This document shows positions 38,381-47,660 of a stretch of 64,000 nt of DNA, piece by piece. The DNA comes from Candidatus Krumholzibacteriales bacterium. GTDB taxonomy: Bacteria > Krumholzibacteriota > Krumholzibacteriia > Krumholzibacteriales > WJIX01. Position numbers and translations under genes: made by a program. The notes under the pieces are model-generated. The model was given only the letters and a program-made list of their open reading frames with translations. It was not told the DNA's origin and did no database searches. Each line of letters opens with the position of its first letter. The first letter of the stretch is position 1. The stretch is from positions 23,104 to 87,103 of the forward strand of contig JAWODM010000072.1 in NCBI GenBank assembly GCA_046483305.1, read 5' to 3'.

Positions 38381-39628
38381 TTATTTCTCCTTTCCTCCTG
38401 TCTGAGAATGTTCTTCGACTTTCCTGAGATTATCAAGCATATGGCCCAGTTTGTCCCTCTTGGTTGTCAGATACCTGATATTCCTCTTATTTGCGGGAAC
38501 CTCTATCGGCACCCTTTCCACTATTTCCAGACCGTAAGCATTCAGGCCCACAATCTTCCTGGGATTATTGGTCATCAGCCTTATCTTGTGAAGGCCCAGG
38601 TCGGCCAGTATCTGCGCGCCGGTTCCATAGTCCCTTAGATCGGCCGGGAATCCCAGCTCCTCATTCGCTTCCACCGTATCGGCCCCCCGGTCCTGCAGAT
38701 GATAGGCCCGGACCTTGTTAACCAGTCCGATGCCTCTTCCTTCCTGCTGGATGTAGAGTAAAACTCCCGAACCCTCCTCCGCAATCATTTTCATCGATTC
38801 ATGCAGCTGGTCGCCGCAGTCACACCTCAATGAACCGAAAACATCCCCGGTCAGGCACTGCGAGTGAACCCTCACCAGGGCCCCATCCTTTTCCCCGGGA
38901 TTTCCCATCACCAGAGCTATGCTCTCCGAGCCGTCCAGCTTCCCCTCATAGGCGTAGAGCTTGAATTCACCGTACTGGGTGGGAAGAGTGGCTTCAGCTT
39001 TCAGATTTACAAGTTTTTCCTTCCTTCGCCGGTATTTAATCAGATCGACTATGGTCAGTATCTTCAGCCCGAACCGCTCCGACAATTTTACCAGTTCCGG
39101 CAGCCTGGCCATACTTCCATCCTCGGCCATTATCTCGCAGAGAACCCCCGCCGGCTTGAGCCCCGCCAGCCTTGCCAGATCAATGGAGGCTTCGGTATGC
39201 CCGGCTCTTCTGAGCACCCCTCCCTCGGCCGCCTTCAGAGGAAATATATGGCCCGGTTTTGCCAGGTCGGAAGGTCTGGTTTCCGGATCTATCAGCGCCT
39301 TTACCGTGGCAGCCCTGTCGAAGGCGGAGATCCCGGTGGTAGTGCCTTTCCTGGCATCCACCGAAACGGTAAAAGGGGTTCCCAGCCTGGCCGTATTCCG
39401 TTTGACCATCATATCGAGGCCGAGCTCATCTATCCGCTCTTCCAGAAGGGATACGCAGACCAGGCCCCTGGCGTATTTGGAAATAAAATTAATATCTTCC
39501 GCGCCGACCTTCTCGGCGCTCATAATCATATCGCCTTCGTTTTCCCTGTTCTCATCATCAACCACTATCACAATCCTGCCGCTGGAAATTTCTTCCAGGG
39601 CCTCCTCTACCGTACAAAAAGCGTTCAA
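38381..39628 (-). CDS. ribBA: Bifunctional DHBP synthase / GTP cyclohydrolase II
   Basis: [42 protein letters not shown] and MTNNP motifs; TTG start. Confidence 0.98.
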   Translation of the reverse strand: MNAFCTVEEALEEISSGRIVIVVDDENRENEGDMIMSAEKVGAEDINFISKYARGLVCVSLLEERIDELGLDMMVKRNTARLGTPFTVSVDARKGTTTGISAFDRAATVKALIDPETRPSDLAKPGHIFPLKAAEGGVLRRAGHTEASIDLARLAGLKPAGVLCEIMAEDGSMARLPELVKLSERFGLKILTIVDLIKYRRRKEKLVNLKAEATLPTQYGEFKLYAYEGKLDGSESIALVMGNPGEKDGALVRVHSQCLTGDVFGSLRCDCGDQLHESMKMIAEEGSGVLLYIQQEGRGIGLVNKVRAYHLQDRGADTVEANEELGFPADLRDYGTGAQILADLGLHKIRLMTNNPRKIVGLNAYGLEIVERVPIEVPANKRNIRYLTTKRDKLGHMLDNLRKVEEHSQTGGKEK

Positions 39629-39651
39629 TTTTCTTCACCTCTCAGTAATAA

Positions 39652-40236
39652 TTAATCCCGGCCGGAGGAAGTAAACTGTTTGACATATTTTGCCAGCATA
39701 TCGATCTCTATGTTCACCCTGGAGCCTGGCCTGATACTTTCCAGGCTGGTACTCTTCCAGGTATGAGGAATAATATAAACCTGAAAAGATTTGCCTTCCA
39801 GCCGGGGACCCACCGTCAGGCTTATCCCATCCACCGCGATTGAGCATTTGGGAACCAGATATGAGTGAAGATTCTTCTCGATTTCTATCTCTATCATTCC
39901 GCCGCTTCTGTCAATTTTCCTTACCAGTCCGGTTCCATCGATATGCCCGGACATCAAATGTCCTCCGATCCTTCCCCCGGCTTGCAACGCCCTTTCAACA
40001 TTTACCTTATCACCGCTCTTGAGAGAGCCCAGATTGGTTACCCTCAATGTTTCGGGCAGGATATCGCAGCTGAATCCATCCCGTTCCAGAGAGCTGACCG
40101 TCTGGCATACTCCGTTCACTGCCACACTTTCGCCGGTTTCAAAACCGGTACCGGATTCCAGGCGCAGTTTCCCGCCACGGGAATGCCTGCGAAGATAAAT
40201 AACTCTGTCCACCTCTTCTACCAGACCGGTAAACAA
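39652..40236 (-). CDS. ribE: Riboflavin synthase (alpha chain)
   Basis: Start moved to TTG 40236, giving the invariant N-terminus MFTGLVEE; SVAVNGVCQT, VNVERAL, GGHLMSGH and VNIEID motifs. Confidence 0.96.
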   Translation of the reverse strand: MFTGLVEEVDRVIYLRRHSRGGKLRLESGTGFETGESVAVNGVCQTVSSLERDGFSCDILPETLRVTNLGSLKSGDKVNVERALQAGGRIGGHLMSGHIDGTGLVRKIDRSGGMIEIEIEKNLHSYLVPKCSIAVDGISLTVGPRLEGKSFQVYIIPHTWKSTSLESIRPGSRVNIEIDMLAKYVKQFTSSGRD

Positions 40237-40238
40237 AC

Positions 40239-41366
40239 CTAACCGTCCTTTCTCAATTCGTCGAAATGGCTCTTCACCAGCTCGCTGTAAAACACCGCCA
40301 TAACATCCTCTCCTGAGGCCTCTGCCCGCGACAGAGACAGGCCTCCCTCTCTCATCCATTCCGGCTCATCCGGACCGCCGTACCAGGAAAGGCCTATTTC
40401 CCCGGAGACCCGGGCTGCCGTAAACAGGCAGAAAATATCTACCAGGCCCTCCCGGAGCAGAGAGGTGGATATACCGGCACCTCCCTCCACCAGAACGGAC
40501 GATAACCCTTTACGGCTGATATCATCCCGCCAGGCTTCGAGGTCCAGTCCGCTATCGTCGCCGGGCAGCGGGATTACTTCTGCGCCCTGTTTTTCCAACC
40601 GGGAAACACCATCAGGGAGAGGATCCCGGCGGCAGTATACAAGCACTCTCCGTCCATCCTCAAACCAGCGCGAGTCCGCGGGGAATCTTAAATCAGAATC
40701 GAATACCATCCGAACAGGGGGGCTCAAATCTTCCGACCAGTAACGCCGGTCCAGGGAGGGATCATCGGACAGTACCGTGCCAATCCCCACCGCAACCGCC
40801 TCATGATAGCTTCGCAGGTAATGCACCCGCTTTCTTGATTGACCGGAAGTAAACCACCCGCCGCCCGGCACCGTCAGCTTCCCGTCAAGTGTCATCGCCA
40901 CTTTCAGGGTAACCATCGCCCGGCCGGTTTTTTTTCTGAAAATGAAAGGGTAGTTAAGCTCAAAAGCTTCCCTGGCTCTGACTCCGGCGGTAACATCTAT
41001 TCCCCTGCCCCGCAGGATCTCCGCTCCCCTTCCCCTGACTCTCCTGTCAGGATCGATTATACCGAACACCACCCTGGCTATCCCGGCCTGTATAATCGCA
41101 TCCGTACAGGGTGGAGTTTCACCGTGATGACAGCACGGTTCCAGATTCAGATACAACGTTCCTCCCGCCGCTTTTTCTCCCGCCCCGGCTATCGCTTCAA
41201 TTTCTGCGTGAGGTTTTCCTGAACCCCTGTGAAAACCCTCTCCCACAATCTCGCCGCCGGATACAATCACAGCGCCAACCCTGGGGTTCGGGAATACATC
41301 CGAGATGGCAAGCTTTGCCAGCTCTATAGCCCTGTCCATATAAAATTCATCTTTTCGCGGCTGCAA
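40239..41366 (-). CDS. ribD: Bifunctional riboflavin deaminase/reductase
   Basis: PNPRVGAV, HAE, LEPCCH...PPC, TLDGK and LVEGG motifs; TTG start. Confidence 0.97.
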   Translation of the reverse strand: MQPRKDEFYMDRAIELAKLAISDVFPNPRVGAVIVSGGEIVGEGFHRGSGKPHAEIEAIAGAGEKAAGGTLYLNLEPCCHHGETPPCTDAIIQAGIARVVFGIIDPDRRVRGRGAEILRGRGIDVTAGVRAREAFELNYPFIFRKKTGRAMVTLKVAMTLDGKLTVPGGGWFTSGQSRKRVHYLRSYHEAVAVGIGTVLSDDPSLDRRYWSEDLSPPVRMVFDSDLRFPADSRWFEDGRRVLVYCRRDPLPDGVSRLEKQGAEVIPLPGDDSGLDLEAWRDDISRKGLSSVLVEGGAGISTSLLREGLVDIFCLFTAARVSGEIGLSWYGGPDEPEWMREGGLSLSRAEASGEDVMAVFYSELVKSHFDELRKDG

Positions 41367-41455
41367 TCTGCCTCCCGTCGGATTACTTCAATCATTCTAT
41401 CTGGGGGAGCCGATAACAGGCCGGCAGGACCGGACGGCCCTGTGGCAAGCGTGAT

Positions 41456-41570
41456 ACCTTCTCCCATCCAGACTTTTACTGTCGGTTCCGGAATTCCACC
41501 GGATCAACAAGCTATCGCTCATTCGCGGACTTTCACCGCCGGTGGGGAATCTCACCCCGCCCCGAAGGCT
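41456..41570 (-). ncRNA. FMN riboswitch (RFN element)
   Basis: Minus strand CCTTCGGGGCGGGGTGAGATTCCCCACCGGCGGT...AGTCCGCGA...GATCCGGTGGAATTCCGGAACCGACAGT...AGTCTGGATGGGAGAAGG, upstream of ribD. Confidence 0.97.
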
Positions 41571-41590
41571 TATCTTTCCTTTTCGATAAT

Positions 41591-41619
41591 AAGGTATAAC
41601 TGAACCGGATATTAGTCAA
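41591..41619 (-). promoter_or_regulatory. Putative sigma70 promoter of the rib operon
   Basis: TTGACT-17 bp-TACCTT about 20 nt before the FMN aptamer. Confidence 0.6.
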
Positions 41620-41666
41620 GCTTTAGATTATTAATAACTTATTATTTATGCGGCTTCGGCAGTGAT

Positions 41667-42560
41667 TCATCCGCTGAGAAGAGCGGAAATGAACTCTTCG
41701 CGGTCGAACGGTTCGATGTCGGATATGCCTTCTCCCACCCCGGCGTACAGCACCGGCAGCTTGAGCTCCTTCTGTATCGGTATTATTACCCCCGCCTTGG
41801 CGGTGCTGTCCAGTTTCGTCACCACCAGCCCGTTTACCGGAAGAGCCTCCACGAAAACCTCTGCCTGCTTTATGCTGTTCTGCCCGGAATTGGCATCTAT
41901 TACCAGCCAGCTTTCCAGTCCGATCCCCCGGTGGCGTGACGAAAGGACCCGGAATATCTTCTCCAGCTCCTTCATCAGATTCACTTTGGTGTGAAGCCGT
42001 CCCGCGGTATCGATTATCACTATGTCCTTTCCCCTTGATACGGCAGAGCTTACCGCGTCGAATGCCACCGCGGCGGGGTCGGCTCCCATCCTGGAGCTCA
42101 CCACCGGCACGTTACATCTCCGGGCCCACAATTCAAGCTGTTCTATCGCGGCCGCTCTGAAGGTATCACAGGCGCCCAGCAGAACTTCCCTGCTCTGCTC
42201 GCTGAAATGATGGGCCAGCTTTCCGATGGTTGAAGTTTTGCCCACCCCGTTCACTCCCACTATCACAATCACCCTTGGGGAACCGGAGGGAGGCTGGTAA
42301 TCGGGGACATCCTCCATTATTTCAATGAGATGGTTACTGAGCAGTTCGATTATCCCGTCCTGCCCCTTCTTCCCCCGGCCTTCTCTCAGAGCTTCCATAA
42401 TCTGCCCGGTGGCATCGTAACCGAGGTCCGCGGAAAACAGGAGTTCCTCAATTTCTTCAACAGTATCTTCATCGATATCACCGGAAGAAAAGAGGTCCTT
42501 TAAAGGTTTAATAAAACGCTTTCTTGTTTTGTCAAGTCCTCTGAACAGTTTTTTCATCAT
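41667..42560 (-). CDS. ftsY: SRP receptor FtsY (NG domain only)
   Basis: GVNGVGKT, DTFRAAA, DTAGRLH, TKLD and GVGE motifs; 5' end overlaps the smc 3' end by 29 nt. Confidence 0.97.
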   Translation of the reverse strand: MMKKLFRGLDKTRKRFIKPLKDLFSSGDIDEDTVEEIEELLFSADLGYDATGQIMEALREGRGKKGQDGIIELLSNHLIEIMEDVPDYQPPSGSPRVIVIVGVNGVGKTSTIGKLAHHFSEQSREVLLGACDTFRAAAIEQLELWARRCNVPVVSSRMGADPAAVAFDAVSSAVSRGKDIVIIDTAGRLHTKVNLMKELEKIFRVLSSRHRGIGLESWLVIDANSGQNSIKQAEVFVEALPVNGLVVTKLDSTAKAGVIIPIQKELKLPVLYAGVGEGISDIEPFDREEFISALLSG

Positions 42561-45500
42561 ACTGGTTCAGCTGTTTCTCCCCCGCGGCGCCCTTCTGATT
42601 GAGAACATCCTCAACTCTCTCTATGTCTACGGGTACCACTGATGTTACGCCGCTTTCCTGCATGGTGATACCAAGGAGCGAATCGGCAATCTCCATGGTT
42701 ATCTTGTTATGAGTTATTATTATGAACTGGGTATCCTCCGAAAACTTCTTCAGCATTCTGGTAAACCTTCTGGTGTTGGCATCGTCCAGCGGGGCATCCA
42801 CCTCATCCAGAATGCAGAAGGGGCTTGGTTTAACCTTATAGAAAGCAAACAGGAGCGCCAGCGAGGTCAATGCCCTCTCTCCGCCGGAAAGAAGCGATAT
42901 ATCCTGAAGCTTCTTTCCCTTCGGTCTTGCTACTATCTCGATGTCGGCTTCCAGGGGATCGCAGTTCTCGCTCAATCTCAGCTCAGCGTGCCCCCCGGTG
43001 AAAAGCACCTCGAAAGTCTGGCTGAAGTAATCTCCGACCAGCTTGAATGTTTCCCTGAACAGTCTTCTGGCTTTGCGGTTTATCTTGGAGATAGCCTCGC
43101 GGAGTTCCTCCTTGGCCTTAATAAGGTCTTCTCTCTGGCCATTTATGAATTCAAGCCTTTCCTTGATTTCTTCATACTCTTCCACGGCTGCCAGGTTCAC
43201 CGGGCCCAGCCTCTCCAGTTTATCCTTTGCATCCTGGAGCATATCGGGGGTTACGCTCTTCTCTTTCTCGGTAAGCGGTATTTCCACCCCTTCCAGGTAG
43301 CACCCGAAATCCTCGCCGTAGATATCTCTTGCCATATCTATGGCATCGTTCATCTTGGTCTCCAGCGATTGAACCGATATCCTGGCGTCATTAGCGCGGG
43401 TAACCAGCTCATCGATTTTCTTCTGCTCCCTTTTCAGAGCCGCCTCCATACCACCGGCGATGTTTCTCTTCTCTTCCAGCTGATCTGCCAGATCGCTTAT
43501 CTTCAACTCTATCTCATTCTCCTGCTCGAGGAGTTCCCCGACTATCTCCCTTTGAGTATTATACTCCCGGGAGATATCGCGGTTCTCTTCCTCCAGAGAA
43601 CTGATCTCGGATTTCCTGTTTTCCATAACGGTGGCGAACTGCCTCTCCAGCTCTTTCTGGCCACGAATGGCCTCTTCCTTCTTTTCATAGGAGCCCTTAA
43701 GTGAAGCCAGCTCGACTTTCAGCCCGGTGACTGATTCTTCCATCCGGTCCTTTTTTTCCTGCAGGGATCTGATTTTCTCTTCCAGAGACTCGATCCTGGA
43801 CCGGTCGTCACTGCTGTGCTGAAGCTGCAGCGAGAGTTTAACTTCTTCGAGGTGGGAGAGAGTTTCCTTCCTGGTATTCTCCAGATCCTCCAGCGACTTC
43901 ATCGCCAGGTTGTACTTTTCTCTGCACCAGATAAGTTCCTTTTCTTTATCTCTCAGCATTTCCTGAGACCGGGACAGTTTATCCCCGGTATCGGAAAGCA
44001 TCCCGCCGAGCGACTCCAGGGAATCCGCCGCTCTTTCCATCCCTGCCTGGATATCATCCCTTTGAGATTTTAATCCCCGGAGCTCAGATTCCGCACCGGT
44101 TATATCTCTTTTTATCTTCTCTACCTCCTCCGCCCTTCCCAGCAGAGGCACTTCGTCTTCGCTCTTCCCGGAGAAGTAGACCTTGCCTCCCCCGGAAAGG
44201 TAAACTCCGGATAGAGTGACCGCGTGCATTGCGGTCTCGCTGGAGTTAGATGTCACGAAATCGATTGCGTCCGGCAGGTTATCGAAAACCATGATATGCC
44301 TGAAGAAATTGGCGCCGCCTTCCTCCGCGTCGCCTTTCACTCTTACAAAGGAGCTGAGCCTTCCAAGAGCGCCCGGCGCTCCCTCAACATCCTTCACATT
44401 CATACCGGCGCCGGCCTCTACAAGTATTCCCACTCCGCCCTTTCTGCTGCTTTCGAGCTCCTCTATCAGCTCCACCGCGCCCTGGTAACCGTCTACCACT
44501 ATTCCGTCGAGCATGCCTCCCAGGGCTGCCTCCAGCGCCTTGCGGTATTTACGCTCTGCATCCATCAATTCAGCGACGGGGCCTCTTATATGCCTGTTTC
44601 CCTTCCTCAGAAGGAACTTCGAGCCACTCGAAAAACCCTCGTATTTCTTCATCATATCGGTATAGAGTTCCAGCCTGTTTCTCAATTTTGCGAGGTTCGT
44701 CTCGCTGCCCGAAATGCTGTTCTCGATTTCCCTGAGTCTGTTCAGGAGGGCCTCTTTTTCCCGGGACAGCGTTTCTTTTCTCCGTCTTCCATCCTCCAGA
44801 TCTTCGTTGAGGGCTGAAACCTCCCCCTGAAGGGAACCGGCAGTTTCAGTAAGATCCCGTATCCTCTTCTCCAGATTAAGCACCTCTTCCCTCTCCGATC
44901 CTATCTGTGTATCAAGATGGGATATGCTTGCCTGGTGATGTTCGATGTCGCTGTTAAGCCTGGCCCGGTCCTGAACAAAATCCAGCTGGGTCTGTTTCAA
45001 TCCGATCAACTCATCACTGTACCTGCTGATCTGTTCGGATATTCCGATATACTCGCTTTCCGTTCCGCGGATCTGCTGCTTTCTTTCTTCAATCAGCGCT
45101 TCCGTCTCTTCGAATTCACCCCTGATCTCCCCTATCCTGCTTTTTATATTATCTATCCTGTTTTCCGCTTCCTTTATCTCCGCTTCCGCCCTGTCGCAGC
45201 GTCTTTCGTTCTCGCCTCTTCTTTCCCTCATCTGAATCAGTTTCTCTTCGATACCCTGAATTTTCTTCCTCAGGTCGTACCGGTTGTTCTGAAGTTCGGT
45301 GCTTCTCTTCTCCAGGGTTACTATCTCTACCTTGCGGCGGTGAACCTCTCTCTCTTTTTCCTCCATCGATGTCCTGTCCTGGCTCGATAACTGCTCAATT
45401 TCTGAAAGCTTTCTATCCTCTTCTCTCTTTTCGGCCAGCAAACGGGACAGTCTGCTCCTTACCAGTATCAGCTCCCAATCCCTTATTCTGCTCTTAAGTT

Positions 45501-46149
45501 TCCGGTACCTGGTGGTCTTGCCTACCTGATAGCGGAGGGAGTTCTTCTGTTTTTCCAGCTCCTCCAGGATATCATCGAGTCTGACCAGGTCGGTTTCGGT
45601 AAGTTTCAATTTCCGCCTGGCCTCTTCTCTTCTCATCCGGTACTTCACTATACCGGCCGCCTCTTCGAACATCTTCTTCCTGTCACCCTGAGTATCATTC
45701 AGAACCAGATCCATCATCTCCTGTTCAATGACGGCGTATGAATGACTGCCCATACCGGTATCAGCGAATAATTCCATAATATCCTTCAGCCGGCAGGGAT
45801 TCTTGTTTATAAAATATTCACTTATACCTGACCTGTATACCTTTCTGGAAACAGTAACCTCGTTGAAATCCAGAGGGAATATTCCCCTCTCATTACTCAG
45901 GGTAAGATTAACAATGGCATGCCCCATCGGCTTGTGGACCTGGGTGCCGTTAAATATCACATTCTCCATTTTGTTGCTTCTCAGCTGCTGGGCGCTTCTC
46001 TCACCAAGAACCCATCTGACGGCATCCACAATGTTAGTCTTACCGCACCCGTTCGGTCCCAGAATACAGGTAACCCCTCCACTGAAGCTCATACCTATCC
46101 TGTTCTTGAACGATTTAAATCCGATAAGCTCCAAATTTGATAAGGCCAC
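42532..46149 (-). CDS. smc: Chromosome segregation protein SMC
   Basis: GFKSF, GPNGCGKTN, long coiled coils with a hinge, LLSGGE and LDEVDAPLD motifs; GTG start. Confidence 0.98.
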   Translation of the reverse strand: MALSNLELIGFKSFKNRIGMSFSGGVTCILGPNGCGKTNIVDAVRWVLGERSAQQLRSNKMENVIFNGTQVHKPMGHAIVNLTLSNERGIFPLDFNEVTVSRKVYRSGISEYFINKNPCRLKDIMELFADTGMGSHSYAVIEQEMMDLVLNDTQGDRKKMFEEAAGIVKYRMRREEARRKLKLTETDLVRLDDILEELEKQKNSLRYQVGKTTRYRKLKSRIRDWELILVRSRLSRLLAEKREEDRKLSEIEQLSSQDRTSMEEKEREVHRRKVEIVTLEKRSTELQNNRYDLRKKIQGIEEKLIQMRERRGENERRCDRAEAEIKEAENRIDNIKSRIGEIRGEFEETEALIEERKQQIRGTESEYIGISEQISRYSDELIGLKQTQLDFVQDRARLNSDIEHHQASISHLDTQIGSEREEVLNLEKRIRDLTETAGSLQGEVSALNEDLEDGRRRKETLSREKEALLNRLREIENSISGSETNLAKLRNRLELYTDMMKKYEGFSSGSKFLLRKGNRHIRGPVAELMDAERKYRKALEAALGGMLDGIVVDGYQGAVELIEELESSRKGGVGILVEAGAGMNVKDVEGAPGALGRLSSFVRVKGDAEEGGANFFRHIMVFDNLPDAIDFVTSNSSETAMHAVTLSGVYLSGGGKVYFSGKSEDEVPLLGRAEEVEKIKRDITGAESELRGLKSQRDDIQAGMERAADSLESLGGMLSDTGDKLSRSQEMLRDKEKELIWCREKYNLAMKSLEDLENTRKETLSHLEEVKLSLQLQHSSDDRSRIESLEEKIRSLQEKKDRMEESVTGLKVELASLKGSYEKKEEAIRGQKELERQFATVMENRKSEISSLEEENRDISREYNTQREIVGELLEQENEIELKISDLADQLEEKRNIAGGMEAALKREQKKIDELVTRANDARISVQSLETKMNDAIDMARDIYGEDFGCYLEGVEIPLTEKEKSVTPDMLQDAKDKLERLGPVNLAAVEEYEEIKERLEFINGQREDLIKAKEELREAISKINRKARRLFRETFKLVGDYFSQTFEVLFTGGHAELRLSENCDPLEADIEIVARPKGKKLQDISLLSGGERALTSLALLFAFYKVKPSPFCILDEVDAPLDDANTRRFTRMLKKFSEDTQFIIITHNKITMEIADSLLGITMQESGVTSVVPVDIERVEDVLNQKGAAGEKQLNQYDEKTVQRT

Positions 46150-46175
46150 TTTTAAACCCTTCCGGTATCGTACAC

Positions 46176-47660
46176 TTAATCCATCTCGATTTCACGCACT
46201 CTGGCGTATCCAACCCTTCCAATGCCCTTAAGCTCGATTCTCTTCTTCCTCGCTTCCTCCTCGGTCTCATACCTGCCTATCATTATTCTGTACCATAACT
46301 GCTCCCTGATCTCGGTTTCCCTGATAGTAACCCGGTAACCCAGCCCCTCAAAATATTCCTTCTCCCTCTGAGCCCTTCCCGCGTCCCTGAAGGAGGCTAC
46401 GTGAACGGTGTAAAAGATTTTCTGACTCTCTTCAGGAACCGGCTCTTCCTCATTAATCTGATCTCCGGCCGCTGAAGTACCGGCGGCCTGCCCGGCAGTT
46501 GTCTCGTCCCCCATTTCCTCACCGGCTGCATCGGCTGCATTCCCCCCCCCGGAATCTACCCCGGCTGCCTGCTCCCGGCTCTCTTCGGGAAGGTCCTCTC
46601 TCACATCTTTCATCTTCCGGACCGCCTCACTCTTGATCTCTCTGCTTCGGTCCTCTTTCTCAATGCCTTTCTCTACCATGAACCACCAGGCCACGAAAAC
46701 GATTACCAGAACTCCCACAACCACCACTCCCAGCCTGAATATATCAAATTTCTTCTCTGGCCTGGGCTCTTCCGAATCAAGCTCTTCTGTTTTTTCGATG
46801 AAAGCGGTTTCAGTCTCTTCTTCAGACTCCGGGCCGGCTTCCTTATCCAGTTTCTCCCCGGGCTCTGCCGGCTCCTTTTCCAATTCTTCTCCTTCTTTCC
46901 CGGCAGCCGTTTCTTCGCCGGGCGCGGCCGCGCCTTCAAACTGATCTCTGCAGAGGCAGACAGTCTCAATAGTTCTAACCCCTGCCGATTCCAACTCGGA
47001 GATGCTCTTCTGAAGCTGTCCTTCCTCGGTCTCTTCGATTCTGCAGGAAAGGATTATTCCATCAACAAATTCAGACAGCGGGTTCACCTCTCCCTCATCG
47101 GTTTTCAGGGTAGAGCAGTATATTACCGTATCGCGGTTCTTCAAAAGGAAATCGTTTACCCTCTTGAACTCCTTCCTGGCGAACGGAACGGTCTTGGTAA
47201 CCGGGAAAGAGCCCGGGCCGATTATACCTACGTTATCTATCCCGGAAGGCTTAGCCACCGATTTCAGAGAACTCCCGTAGAGCAGAAGGTCCAGAAATCC
47301 ATATTCCTCTATATTTTCAACCAGGCCGCCCAGGCCAGGTTCCAGGAAATCACAGTCAACAATCAGAACCGACCGGTCCAGTCTGGAAAGATAATGGGCA
47401 ATCTGAAGAACTGAAAAATCCCTGGATATTCTATCTCCTGTAACGGAAAGAGCCAGGAAGGAAGCTCCCTCCAGGTTCTTGATCCTGTCGTTCAGTTCCG
47501 ACCCGACGTTTTCGAAGAGGCTGAGGTAGCTGCCCGAAGCAAAATCCCCCTCCTCAAAAAACCGCACCACTTCATCCTTTTCAACGGGTATCGAGTACCC
47601 GCTTTCATTCAACCCCCTGTCTGATCGGTTATCAGAGTTATTATCAGGCATCGCTGTCAC
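46176..47660 (-). CDS. SPOR-domain membrane protein with an N-terminal degenerate BY-kinase (CpsD/CapB)-like domain
   Basis: VLIVDCDFLEPG...GFLDLL...NVGIIGPG; acidic linker; one TM; C-terminal YTVHVASFR...WYRIMIGRY SPOR domain. Start GTG 47660 or ATG 47651. Confidence 0.75.
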   Translation of the reverse strand: MTAMPDNNSDNRSDRGLNESGYSIPVEKDEVVRFFEEGDFASGSYLSLFENVGSELNDRIKNLEGASFLALSVTGDRISRDFSVLQIAHYLSRLDRSVLIVDCDFLEPGLGGLVENIEEYGFLDLLLYGSSLKSVAKPSGIDNVGIIGPGSFPVTKTVPFARKEFKRVNDFLLKNRDTVIYCSTLKTDEGEVNPLSEFVDGIILSCRIEETEEGQLQKSISELESAGVRTIETVCLCRDQFEGAAAPGEETAAGKEGEELEKEPAEPGEKLDKEAGPESEEETETAFIEKTEELDSEEPRPEKKFDIFRLGVVVVGVLVIVFVAWWFMVEKGIEKEDRSREIKSEAVRKMKDVREDLPEESREQAAGVDSGGGNAADAAGEEMGDETTAGQAAGTSAAGDQINEEEPVPEESQKIFYTVHVASFRDAGRAQREKEYFEGLGYRVTIRETEIREQLWYRIMIGRYETEEEARKKRIELKGIGRVGYARVREIEMD

